The notes below the pieces were generated by a model, which ran no database searches, had not been told where the DNA came from, and saw only the letters and a program-made list of their open reading frames with translations. A program made the position numbers and the translations under genes. DNA of 64,000 nucleotides. It comes from a virus (Duplodnaviria; Caudoviricetes). The stretch lies in IMG/VR virus record IMGVR_UViG_3300028833_003520; one strand, given 5' to 3'. How positions within the stretch are numbered: position 1 is the first letter of the stretch; each line of letters opens with the position of its first letter. This document shows, piece after piece, positions 48,638 through 58,185 of this stretch.

Positions 48638-48838
48638 ATGGCGAAGGCAAAAAAGGATGCAAAGTTCTTTACTTGCTACTTAAAGAAAGAACTTGCTGAC
48701 AAAATCGACGTGTATTCAACCGAGAATCATTTGTCAAAAACTGCTATAGTTGAGATTGCTCTCGAAAAATTTTTTGACGAGTCACAATCTACTGCTAATA
48801 ACCTTAATCCTCTCATAAATGAGTCAAAAGTGGACTAA
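48638..48838 (+). CDS. Ribbon-helix-helix (CopG/Arc-like) DNA-binding protein
   Basis: FTCYLKKELADKI...SKTAIVEIALEKFF; class C-like box GGCTTATTTATGAGCC at 48598-48613 upstream. Confidence 0.75.
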   Translation: MAKAKKDAKFFTCYLKKELADKIDVYSTENHLSKTAIVEIALEKFFDESQSTANNLNPLINESKVD

Positions 48839-48890
48839 TTTATGTTGCGGATGCTGTCGCTATATGTTATAATTCTTTCATAAATGAGCA
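48812..48890 (+). promoter_or_regulatory. Promoter (TTGCGG-17-TATAAT) flanked by class C boxes
   Basis: CTCATAAATGAG 48812-23 and TTCATAAATGAGC 48877-89. Confidence 0.7.
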
Positions 48891-48921
48891 GAAACGAAGT
48901 TTTAAGAGGAGATAGAAAGTA

Positions 48922-50742
48922 ATGCTTTTTGCTGAATCTGATAAAAATTATAAGTATGCACAGGAACATTTTCCTTGCTTGAATACTTTTACACAGCAGT
49001 TGAAAGCACCTGGATTTGAAATTCAGAGCCGTGAGAAAGAGATGGACTCCATCGAAGCGGCTCTTAATCGTCCTGAACTTTGTAACGTGTTACTTTTAGG
49101 AGAGCCTGGCTCTGGTAAGACAGCACTTGTGCAGTCTGTAATGATGCACGATACCAAGAGGCTTTATCTTGAAGTTGACCTTTCCAAGATGATTGCAGAT
49201 ACAAATGACGTTAACGAGATGGCTACAAGGCTTAAGTCCTTGTGCGACGAGGTAACGATATTCCGTAAGGAAATGCAGACTGAACTTGTTCTTTTTATGG
49301 ATGAGTTCCATCAGATTATGATGTTGTCTAATGCGGCGGCTGAAGCAATGAAGCCGTTGCTTGCTGATTCAGGCACACGAGGCGTGCGTATCATAGCAGC
49401 CACAACAGAAGCAGAGTTCAGAATGTATATTGCTCCGAACCAGCCGTTGGTGGAGCGTCTGCAGAGAATCAGACTCAAAGAGTTGGATAAGCAGGCAACT
49501 ATCAATGTTCTTAAGAACAGAGCCAAGATATATGGCGTAGAAGACCAAATCACTGAGTATAACAATATATACGGACTTATCTATGAATATACGCAGAGAT
49601 ATATCCCTGCGAACGCTCAGCCTCGTAAATCATTGCTCGTATTCGATGCGATGATTGGTTGGCATAATTCAAAGGCGAGACCTTTGGATAAGGCACTCCT
49701 TGCTGACGTTATTTATGAGTCAGAAGGTGTCAATGTTACTTTTAGAGTAGATGCTACATCAATCAAGAAGGAACTTGACAAGTATGTATTTGCTCAGGAC
49801 TTTGCGACAAGCGTTATTGAGCAAAGGCTTCAGATTTGTGTTGCTGACCTTAATAATAAGTCAAAGCCTATGAGTTCATTCTTATTCACAGGTTCAACTG
49901 GTGTAGGTAAGACTGAGGTTACGAAGCAGTTAGCCCGAATTCTTTTCGGTGATAATGCGAGAACAAGTCTTATCCGTTTTGATATGACAGAATATGCTAC
50001 AGAGGACTCTCTGGAGAGATTCAGAGCAGAACTTACACAGCGTGTTTGGAATAGACCTTATTCTATCGTTCTTTTGGACGAGATTGAGAAGGCGTGTGCT
50101 CCTGTTACACGAGTTCTCTTGCAGGTTTTGGATGATGGCAGACTTATGGATGAGAATAACCGTGAGGTTTCATTCCTTAACTCGTATATTATCCTTACTA
50201 CCAATGCTGGTAATGAGATTTATAAGACCATTGCCCAGTATTCTCCTGATGATACAGGTTCAGGTAAGGAATTCCATAGGTATGAGAAACTCATCAGACA
50301 GTCTATTTCAAGCACGACAGGTGATAATAGATTCCCTCCTGAGTTGCTTGGACGTATCGACTGTATCGTGCCGTTCCAACCTCTTTCAGAGGAAACGAAG
50401 AAGAAGATTGTTAAGCATAAGTTGGAAGAGTTAATCAAGAAGGTTTCTGATATACACAATGTTGCTCTCAATTATGACCAGAGGGTCATACAGTACATTG
50501 TTGAAGATAACCTTGACTCTGACTCTGATGCAGGTGGTGCACGTACTGCAATCGCTAAACTCGAATCTGAGGTTTATACCGAAGTATCAAGAGTTATCAA
50601 CACTTGCCCTGATGCCATCAGATTGAGAATCGTTGTTGACGGTAAGATGATGTGCGAAGACAAGACGCAACTTGAATCGACGGCTTCTATCAGCGTTAAG
50701 GTTGGCAGTGAGACGAGACAAGTTAAGAAGACCTACTATTAA
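48922..50742 (+). CDS. ClpA/ClpB-like double AAA+ ATPase lacking N- and M-domains
   Basis: GEPGSGKT/FMDEFH and GSTGVGKT/LLDEIEKA, RFDMTEY, LLQVLDDGRL, FPPELLGRID. Confidence 0.9.
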   Translation: MLFAESDKNYKYAQEHFPCLNTFTQQLKAPGFEIQSREKEMDSIEAALNRPELCNVLLLGEPGSGKTALVQSVMMHDTKRLYLEVDLSKMIADTNDVNEMATRLKSLCDEVTIFRKEMQTELVLFMDEFHQIMMLSNAAAEAMKPLLADSGTRGVRIIAATTEAEFRMYIAPNQPLVERLQRIRLKELDKQATINVLKNRAKIYGVEDQITEYNNIYGLIYEYTQRYIPANAQPRKSLLVFDAMIGWHNSKARPLDKALLADVIYESEGVNVTFRVDATSIKKELDKYVFAQDFATSVIEQRLQICVADLNNKSKPMSSFLFTGSTGVGKTEVTKQLARILFGDNARTSLIRFDMTEYATEDSLERFRAELTQRVWNRPYSIVLLDEIEKACAPVTRVLLQVLDDGRLMDENNREVSFLNSYIILTTNAGNEIYKTIAQYSPDDTGSGKEFHRYEKLIRQSISSTTGDNRFPPELLGRIDCIVPFQPLSEETKKKIVKHKLEELIKKVSDIHNVALNYDQRVIQYIVEDNLDSDSDAGGARTAIAKLESEVYTEVSRVINTCPDAIRLRIVVDGKMMCEDKTQLESTASISVKVGSETRQVKKTYY

Positions 50743-50811
50743 GTAGGATGAGTGGTATATTATTTGTCGAGATAATATAAAAATTAAAACACAGAAAGGA
50801 AAGAAGAATTT

Positions 50812-53103
50812 ATGGGTTTCAGAAAGAAAAACGGAAAGCCTTCAAACGGAACACCTGAATCCGCAGACAAGCCTGCTGTTGCAGCAACGCCTGCAGAGTC
50901 TCCCAAGAAGGCGAAGAAAAAGGGTGTCGGTATGGCTTCCCTGTTTACGGAAACCGTACCTGAACAAGTTTTGGATGAACTCAATAGCAACACTCCCTTC
51001 ATCCTCGACATAGATGGAGAGAAGAAGTATATTGCAGTTCAGTTCACAGCCGAGGCTATTGGTGGTCTCGATAAAAAGACTTCAGCGAAGGATGAGGCTA
51101 AAGGACAGTTGGTTCAGCAACTTGATTCGGGTGCTATTTCCGCTTACTTTACGGCTCAGACTTTGGAAGACGAGGAAATTACCTTTATCCCTAATTCTAC
51201 TTCACTGATGAATGTAGAGGAGTTTGGTCTTGTAAGAAATCTTCCTTGGACATTTGTTACCATTGATGGTGACGGTACTATTGAGAAGACTTCGATTAAG
51301 ACAGGCTTTGATGAGGTCAAGGAAATTCTCGAAGGCAAGAAGAGTATTGACGATGTATTCGAAGGTGCTTTTGTAGGAAAGGATATTCCGACAGATGAAG
51401 CACCTGCAGATGAAGTCAAAGAGGAGCCTGAACTCACCGATATCGACTCAATTCCTTCAGAGATTGTTGACGATGTACCCGAAGGTGATTCTCCTGAAGA
51501 TGGTGAGGACGATGAGGTTCCTGCATTTGAAGAGGAACTTCCTGACGTTGGCGGAGATATGCCGTTAGTAGAAGTTCCTGAGTATGACGATGTTCCCGAA
51601 ACATCTGATTATGATGACATAGGTGGTCTTGATGAAGGCGAGGCTCCCGAAGAGGTAGAGGAAACAACTGATATTCCTTATGATGAAGACAGACCTTTCG
51701 ATTATGACGCAAAGTCTGTTAATGAGGAGATTATCAGACGTTTCTATTCAGATGAACTTGGTCTTGAGGTTTCAACAGAGCCGTTTGATGGTCATTATGT
51801 TCACGGTAACAAGTATCTTCCTTTCGAAGAAAATAGACCTGAAGGTTGGCTTAATAACTATCTCAACGAGATGTGTAGAAATGCCAATATTGAGATGAGC
51901 AGAATTCACGCTGAAAATCTTAATAAGATTAGGCAGTATTATCTCCAGACAATGGCGAAGCACTGTGAGGACATTACGAAGGAACTTGATGTTCAGAATA
52001 TGTCCACAACGTATGGTCAGTATAAGCAGAATATCGACCGTGAGAAGGAAGAGGCTATTGCTCATATTGATGATAAGGTTGCACAGAGGAAACTTGAACT
52101 CAATCAGGATTGGGATAGAAAGTTGTCTGAAGTAGCAGAGCAGGGTGCTCAGGATGCTCGTAATCGTTATCGTGAGAGATACGGAAGACAGCACGATGAT
52201 GACCTTACTCATATTGGACCTATCATCAGAGAAGAGATTGAGTCTAATTACACTCTCGATGTACGTCATCTTAATGAAGACCGTAAGGCAGAGGCTCTTA
52301 AGAGACTTGACTATGCGGTAAACGAGACGCTTGCCGAAGTAAATGTTCTTTATGAGAAGTTACTTGCTGAGGAAATCAAGCGTTACAGAGAGTGGGAAGG
52401 CGATATTCGTGACTATCTCGATGACAACCGTAAGAACGATGTTGCCCACGACCAGGCACTTGCCGAGGAACTCGCACAGAAGACTAAGGCAGATAAGTTG
52501 AATGAGGAATGGACAGCCAAGACTGCTGCTATGACAGAGGAGTTCGAGGCAAAGAAGGCATCTCTGCACGCCGACCTTGAGCGTATGGAGAAAGAGCACG
52601 CACTTGCTCTTAAGAAGCAGAACGACGATTGGCAGGAGAAGTTGGATTCTGAGAAGTCTATCGTTGCGTCACAGCGTGAGCAGATTGACGGACTTATTGA
52701 TAAGTATGCGGCTCTTGACGAGACCAAGAAGAAGGAATACGCATCATTTATTAACGAGTTGAAGAACGAGAAGGAAGCATCAGATAGCAAGTACAAGGAT
52801 ATGATGGAGTCTAATAAGAGTTCCAATCGTGTTGCTTTATTCGCTACGATTATCGGTGTTATCTGTGCTCTGGCAATCGGATTCCTTGCAGGTTATTTCG
52901 TATATGCAAAGATGTCTGCAAAGACAGCCGAAGAGCAGGTTATTGCTGAATATCAGGCTCGTATTGACGAGTTGGAGAGAAAGTATAATCTGACCACAGG
53001 TCAGAATGCAACAGATTCAACTGTAACTGTTACACCTGCTCCGACTGGTACTACTGAGACAACTACTGAGACATCAGAAGCAACATCAGAAACAACTAAC
53101 TAA
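50812..53103 (+). CDS. Large acidic coiled-coil protein with a C-terminal TM, putative transfer protein
   Basis: Acidic linker, long coiled coil, TM near the C-terminus; lies between the Clp ATPase and VirD4. Confidence 0.7.
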   Translation: MGFRKKNGKPSNGTPESADKPAVAATPAESPKKAKKKGVGMASLFTETVPEQVLDELNSNTPFILDIDGEKKYIAVQFTAEAIGGLDKKTSAKDEAKGQLVQQLDSGAISAYFTAQTLEDEEITFIPNSTSLMNVEEFGLVRNLPWTFVTIDGDGTIEKTSIKTGFDEVKEILEGKKSIDDVFEGAFVGKDIPTDEAPADEVKEEPELTDIDSIPSEIVDDVPEGDSPEDGEDDEVPAFEEELPDVGGDMPLVEVPEYDDVPETSDYDDIGGLDEGEAPEEVEETTDIPYDEDRPFDYDAKSVNEEIIRRFYSDELGLEVSTEPFDGHYVHGNKYLPFEENRPEGWLNNYLNEMCRNANIEMSRIHAENLNKIRQYYLQTMAKHCEDITKELDVQNMSTTYGQYKQNIDREKEEAIAHIDDKVAQRKLELNQDWDRKLSEVAEQGAQDARNRYRERYGRQHDDDLTHIGPIIREEIESNYTLDVRHLNEDRKAEALKRLDYAVNETLAEVNVLYEKLLAEEIKRYREWEGDIRDYLDDNRKNDVAHDQALAEELAQKTKADKLNEEWTAKTAAMTEEFEAKKASLHADLERMEKEHALALKKQNDDWQEKLDSEKSIVASQREQIDGLIDKYAALDETKKKEYASFINELKNEKEASDSKYKDMMESNKSSNRVALFATIIGVICALAIGFLAGYFVYAKMSAKTAEEQVIAEYQARIDELERKYNLTTGQNATDSTVTVTPAPTGTTETTTETSEATSETTN

Positions 53104-53202
53104 TAGTTGGAGAACGGTATATGAACCCATAAGGACATTGGGTGTGGGGCTTTGCATTAAAGTCCCTACACCCTGTTCTTATATACGGAAGGAGAGAAAA
53201 TC

Positions 53203-56200
53203 GTGGCAAAGCGAAATTGGGATTTAGTTCGTAAACAGCAGAACGCTGATAAGTTGCAATATCGTGATGTATATGAAGACCAGCAGATGGAACGAAGCAA
53301 GTTGCCTGCAAAGCAGACAGCGACGGCTCGTACCATATTTGCTATCGTAGTTGCTCTTATGGCTGCAGGTGCAGCGTATGCGATTGCGTGTGTCTTCGGT
53401 TCATTGTTTAGCGGTTTAGGGGATATAGGAAGTACAGATACAGGTTCAGGGGGACAGGGTACTGTCATAGAACAGCCTTCGGAAACCGCTTCATCAACAG
53501 GTGTCAGAATCGAGAGTGGCACTGTTATTAAGGATTCCGTTGTTGTTATCAGTACAACGACAGGTGAGACATTAGATACTTGGGTTTATACGAACCTTGA
53601 TAACGGTGACGTAAGGTATATCTGTGATGCTCATCCTGGTTATTCTTTTGCAACAGAGTATGAAATCGCAGATGGTTACAAAAATGGCGTATGGTATTTA
53701 GATGAAGCCGCACAGCAGAGTGCTACATCAGTTTATTGGGATTACCATACGACGTGGATGACACTTTATCGTGGTGACCCGAACGGGGAACACACGGAAA
53801 TAGATACTTGGGAAAATACAGGTGGTGTTTATGGTGAGCAGTACACTTGCTCTAATCATCCGTCTTTCAGTTTTAGCGACCAAGAATCCGTTGAGGCTCA
53901 TTATGATTCCGAAGGTAATTGGTCAGATACAGTAGTTTCACAAGGTAATGCAGGACAGGAAAGTTCTACAGATAGCGGTGATATGCCGTCTATATCCTTT
54001 GGTGTGGACTGGACTCCTTCATTCGGTAAGATTTTATTTGCAATAGCCGTTGGTGGTATTGTTTTTGCTCTTTTACACACGGCTATGATGCGTAACTTGA
54101 AAGCACAGAATATGCTTTCAGATACCTCTGATATTAACCAATATCAGAACGACCAGCATATTGCTCTCCCTGAAGAAATTCAGGAGAAGTTTGACTGGTT
54201 TCCCGATGTTGGTGCGACCTCGGATGTACAATTCTCGTCAATGATTTCGCATATGGCTCTTTCTAACAAGGGTATTAAGAAAGTCAAGTTCTCGAAGCGT
54301 GCAGATAAGGATATCTACGACGCAGACGGAGATATTGAATACTATAAGGGCGAAGTTCTTCTTGATGATAATGGACAGCCGATTCAAACAGAGGTTCCGA
54401 TGTTTGATGAGCAGTTTATGGAAGACCTTTTTACTGCTTCAGGTGCTCCCCCGAAGGATAAAACGATTCGTAAGTATTACGATGCGACGAAGATTAAGTA
54501 TAATCCTGACGGAAGCAATCGAGATAAACTTGGCAAGTATAACACAGTTGCAGACCTTATCAATGCCGATTGGGAATTGCCTTATTATGAACCTCAAAGA
54601 CCTGCAGGTGCATATATCGTAGATACTGCTCCTGTAAATACGATGGTCTTGGCTATTACCCGTGCAGGTAAAGGTCAGACTGTAATCGAGCCTACGCTCG
54701 ATATGTGGATGCGTGAGAGAAGACCTAACAATATGGTTATAAATGACCCGAAGGGTGAGTTGCTCGTTAAGAACTATGTTAGAGCAACTGTTAGAGGTTT
54801 CCAAGTTGTTCAGTTTAACCTTATCAACGCTATGAAAACCGACATTTATAATCCGTTAGGAATGGCAGCAGAAGCCGCACGAGAAGGAGACTTCACCAAA
54901 TGTGCAATGTACGTCGAGAACATCGCAGATGTATTCTTCCCTCTTGACGGTGGTGATGACCCTGTGTGGCCTAATGCTGCGAACAACGCATTTAAGAGAG
55001 CATCTTATGGTCTTATCGACTATTATCTTGAGGAAGAAAAGGAGTTACGCCTTTTCGCCGAAAGAACGAAGATGGACGAAAAGATACTTGAGGCTAAATT
55101 GGACGAGATGTGGGGTAAAGTTACGCTTTACAACACTTATCAGTTGTTCGTTCAGTTGACTTCGAAGAAGTTAAAGAACCCTTCTGTTGAATTCGCAAAG
55201 AAGGCAAAAGAGGGTGAATATGATAATCTTTCTGATGAGGATTATGATATCGAACTTAATAAGGTTGAGAGACAGTCTTTACTTTGGGAAGACAAGCCTG
55301 AGTGTGACCTGTTGACCTTGTACTTCAATGCAACAGATGCGTTGCCGAGAAACTCAATGAGAACTCTCGTTGCAAACGCAAACAATGCGTTGAAGGCGAT
55401 GGCTGGTGCTGAGAAGATGATGGCATCCGTTTACGGTATTGCTATCACGGCTATGTCGTTCTTCACAGACCCGACGATTTCAACACTGACATCAGGCACA
55501 CCTTCGCAGAATGTTGACCTTGCAGGTCTTTCATTCCCTCGAAGATTAGGCGTAAGATTTAACTCAGACTTCGTGCATAACTATCATCTGATTGGTATGC
55601 AGGCAAAATGGATGAGTTACGAGGACGATAAGTTTACGAAGGAACTCGGTAAAGACTTTTATCACGAAGACCTTATTACAAGAGAAGGTTGGGCAAAGTA
55701 TTACTTCAAGGGCAAGTACCCTAATGATGTTGCTTATGTTAAGTTATCTATCGTTAATCCGAAGACGGAATTGACAATCAGAACATTCTACTTCCAGTTT
55801 AAGAAGAACTATCAGACTTCATTGGACGGACGTAAGTACGTGCTTGACCCTGTACTCAATGAGAAGATAGTTAAGAATGGTATTCTGACAGAGTTGAGAC
55901 CGTTCAGACAGGAGACGAAGGATGGTAAGCAGGTATTAGTACCGCTTGCTATGGGTGAAAAGCCTGATGCGAACACAGTTTATAAGAAAGGTAAGACGAC
56001 TTTTGCTCAGGATAAGATTATCAATATCACTGGCGACTCCACGAGGGGACAGGTTCAGACCAATGCTATTATCAGAACGATGGCTCGTTATGCAGAAAAG
56101 CCGAAGATGGTATTCTTGGTTACACCTCCTCACTTGATGAAGTATGCGAAGTTGATTCTTATTCTTATCAAGCAGTTGGTTGACTTGAACTTCGACCAGT

Positions 56201-57579
56201 CTTATATGACGAAATCCAATCAGAAGCCTCTCTATAAGACGAGATTTATGTTGGATGAGTTAGGTAACCTTCAGTCCGAAGGACACGGTATTTCAGGCTT
56301 TGAAACGATGCTTTCTATCGGTCTTGGTCAGGAACAGCAGTTTACTCTTATCTTGCAGACATTACAGCAGTTGAGAGACGTTTATGGAGACTCTGTTGAT
56401 AAAATCGTTCAGGGTAACACATCTAACATTGTGTTCCTTAAATCAACGGATGACTCAATGCTTGATACTCTGCAGAAAATGTCTGGTACAACGCATAAGT
56501 CTTTTACTGATTCAAAGACAGTAACAAGGGATATGCAGGAGATTTTCCAAGGTATGAGTGCTAACGAAGGTAAGGCATCTTATACGATGACTACTAAGGA
56601 AGTGCCTGTTATTTCGTACAACGATATGGCGTTCATTTCTGAGCGTAATAGTATTGTGTTCCGTGCAGGTGATGCACCGATTTGGAACAGAAACGAGACT
56701 ATCCTTCCGATGTCTTGGAGACTTTTCAAGAATACTATTACACAGCCTGGTAAGGAATATACCTTGCAGACGATACCGACACTTTCTTCGGCTATCGACT
56801 TCGATGTACGTAAGAATCAGCCTGACTTCCAGAAGATGCTTGATAAGCGTATGGCTCAAGCAAATAAGGCTCCTGATGCAAAGAGTTTGTATCAGATGTC
56901 TTATGATTTCACTGATTATCAGATGGAACAGCAGGACCCTGATATTCTCGCAGATGAAATTATGGATATCATTAACACATATATCCGTGAGGCAAATACT
57001 GACGAGGAAGAAGAGGAAGTATTTGACTATGATTTCGGCGAAGACGATATGTGGGGTTTTGCAGAAGATGATAGTTCAACACAGGAAATGGTCAGTGCTA
57101 TCGCTAATGGACAGTCAATCCCTGTTAATGGCGTAGATAAGACCTTTGTAGGTGTTGATAAAACTGCTTCAGAGAAGCGTTTCGCAGGCGGTCTCTTATC
57201 ACCTGATATGCTCGTCAATGCGTCAGGTATAAACCATAGTCTTGATAAAGACATCATTAAGGTTTACACAGATATTAAAGGCGACTTATGGCGTGATACA
57301 GCGTACTTTGTTGTACGCAATGGAGACCTTTATGGTATTAACAATGAGCCTTATATCATTAAGGCAGATAACTCCGAAGCCCTTGAGGTATTGAATAATG
57401 CCGCCAAGGATGAAGATAGTAACGTCTATGGTGACGAGGATATTGATATATCTGAAGTCCATTCATTCGGCACTTATACAGTAACGGATGGTTTCTATCG
57501 CTTCCTTGCAGGGCAGAAGAGGTGGTCTTTCGCAAACGGTAAGTTTGAAGAGGCTATGTATCGACAATTAGATTCGTAA
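53203..57579 (+). CDS. virD4: Type IV coupling protein VirD4/TraG with an enlarged inter-TM loop
   Basis: Two TMs, Walker A AITRAGKG, INDPKGE, YNPL, Walker B FMLDELGN, LQTLQQLRDVYG. Confidence 0.9.
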   Translation: MAKRNWDLVRKQQNADKLQYRDVYEDQQMERSKLPAKQTATARTIFAIVVALMAAGAAYAIACVFGSLFSGLGDIGSTDTGSGGQGTVIEQPSETASSTGVRIESGTVIKDSVVVISTTTGETLDTWVYTNLDNGDVRYICDAHPGYSFATEYEIADGYKNGVWYLDEAAQQSATSVYWDYHTTWMTLYRGDPNGEHTEIDTWENTGGVYGEQYTCSNHPSFSFSDQESVEAHYDSEGNWSDTVVSQGNAGQESSTDSGDMPSISFGVDWTPSFGKILFAIAVGGIVFALLHTAMMRNLKAQNMLSDTSDINQYQNDQHIALPEEIQEKFDWFPDVGATSDVQFSSMISHMALSNKGIKKVKFSKRADKDIYDADGDIEYYKGEVLLDDNGQPIQTEVPMFDEQFMEDLFTASGAPPKDKTIRKYYDATKIKYNPDGSNRDKLGKYNTVADLINADWELPYYEPQRPAGAYIVDTAPVNTMVLAITRAGKGQTVIEPTLDMWMRERRPNNMVINDPKGELLVKNYVRATVRGFQVVQFNLINAMKTDIYNPLGMAAEAAREGDFTKCAMYVENIADVFFPLDGGDDPVWPNAANNAFKRASYGLIDYYLEEEKELRLFAERTKMDEKILEAKLDEMWGKVTLYNTYQLFVQLTSKKLKNPSVEFAKKAKEGEYDNLSDEDYDIELNKVERQSLLWEDKPECDLLTLYFNATDALPRNSMRTLVANANNALKAMAGAEKMMASVYGIAITAMSFFTDPTISTLTSGTPSQNVDLAGLSFPRRLGVRFNSDFVHNYHLIGMQAKWMSYEDDKFTKELGKDFYHEDLITREGWAKYYFKGKYPNDVAYVKLSIVNPKTELTIRTFYFQFKKNYQTSLDGRKYVLDPVLNEKIVKNGILTELRPFRQETKDGKQVLVPLAMGEKPDANTVYKKGKTTFAQDKIINITGDSTRGQVQTNAIIRTMARYAEKPKMVFLVTPPHLMKYAKLILILIKQLVDLNFDQSYMTKSNQKPLYKTRFMLDELGNLQSEGHGISGFETMLSIGLGQEQQFTLILQTLQQLRDVYGDSVDKIVQGNTSNIVFLKSTDDSMLDTLQKMSGTTHKSFTDSKTVTRDMQEIFQGMSANEGKASYTMTTKEVPVISYNDMAFISERNSIVFRAGDAPIWNRNETILPMSWRLFKNTITQPGKEYTLQTIPTLSSAIDFDVRKNQPDFQKMLDKRMAQANKAPDAKSLYQMSYDFTDYQMEQQDPDILADEIMDIINTYIREANTDEEEEEVFDYDFGEDDMWGFAEDDSSTQEMVSAIANGQSIPVNGVDKTFVGVDKTASEKRFAGGLLSPDMLVNASGINHSLDKDIIKVYTDIKGDLWRDTAYFVVRNGDLYGINNEPYIIKADNSEALEVLNNAAKDEDSNVYGDEDIDISEVHSFGTYTVTDGFYRFLAGQKRWSFANGKFEEAMYRQLDS

Positions 57580-57605
57580 GTGTCCATCATAATTCTTCTT
57601 TTCTT

Positions 57606-57645
57606 GAGACAGGTTCAGTTTCGGCTGAGCCTGTTTCTACTTTTT
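57606..57645 (+). terminator. Terminator of the VirD4 operon
   Basis: GAGACAGGTTCAGT-ttcg-GCTGAGCCTGTTTC. Confidence 0.7.
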
Positions 57646-57653
57646 AGAGCAAG

Positions 57654-57772
57654 AAAAAAAAAAATCGCCCTTTCATAGAAAGGACGACTTTTTAAGAAAA
57701 GGAAATATATGAGAATATTGATTACTTCTATCAATATTTGTCATTGTTTTTAACGCTGTATTTATTTTACCA
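57654..57772 (-). ncRNA. Putative minus-strand small RNA with anti-RBS sequence
   Basis: TGGTAAAAT extended -10 (57764-72), CTCATATATTTCCTTTTCTT, then hairpin 57664-57688 plus long T run. Confidence 0.5.
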
Positions 57773-57812
57773 TTCTTTGCCACATCTATTTCTGTAAAAA
57801 GTGCAAAATAGA

Positions 57813-57878
57813 CTAATATGCAAGATATTGCTTGTTAAGGGTGATTTTATCGTCTAATATGCAAGATATTGCATATTA
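57813..57878. repeat. 19-bp direct repeat CTAATATGCAAGATATTGC; the second copy extends into a palindrome
   Basis: Copies at 57813-31 and 57854-72; TAATATGCAA-gata-TTGCATATTA. Confidence 0.75.
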
Positions 57879-58089
57879 ACATTATTGTCAGATGGCTGAA
57901 TCGCATTTTGTAAATCACCATAAAGATTCAGACAGGCTACCGAAACGAGATAAAACCGTTGAGGGAGAAAAGACGCAAATAGAGACGGCATTCGCGTTGC
58001 CGTGATAATTGCAACTGCGAGAGCCAAACGGTTGCGGATAAGTCTGATACTTTATGTATATTCTGACAATGATTCTTAATAAGTATAAC

Positions 58090-58118
58090 TTGACAATCTC
58101 CATATATGGCGTTATACT
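58090..58118 (+). promoter_or_regulatory. Class A promoter upstream of the Lys/Ala-rich gene and the RNAP gene
   Basis: TTGACA-atctCCATATATGGcgt-TATACT. Confidence 0.8.
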
Positions 58119-58185
58119 GACTTCAGTGGGCAAGGCTCACAATTCTGTATGTATTCTTATAATTTTCGAAAGGAGAAATAAGACA

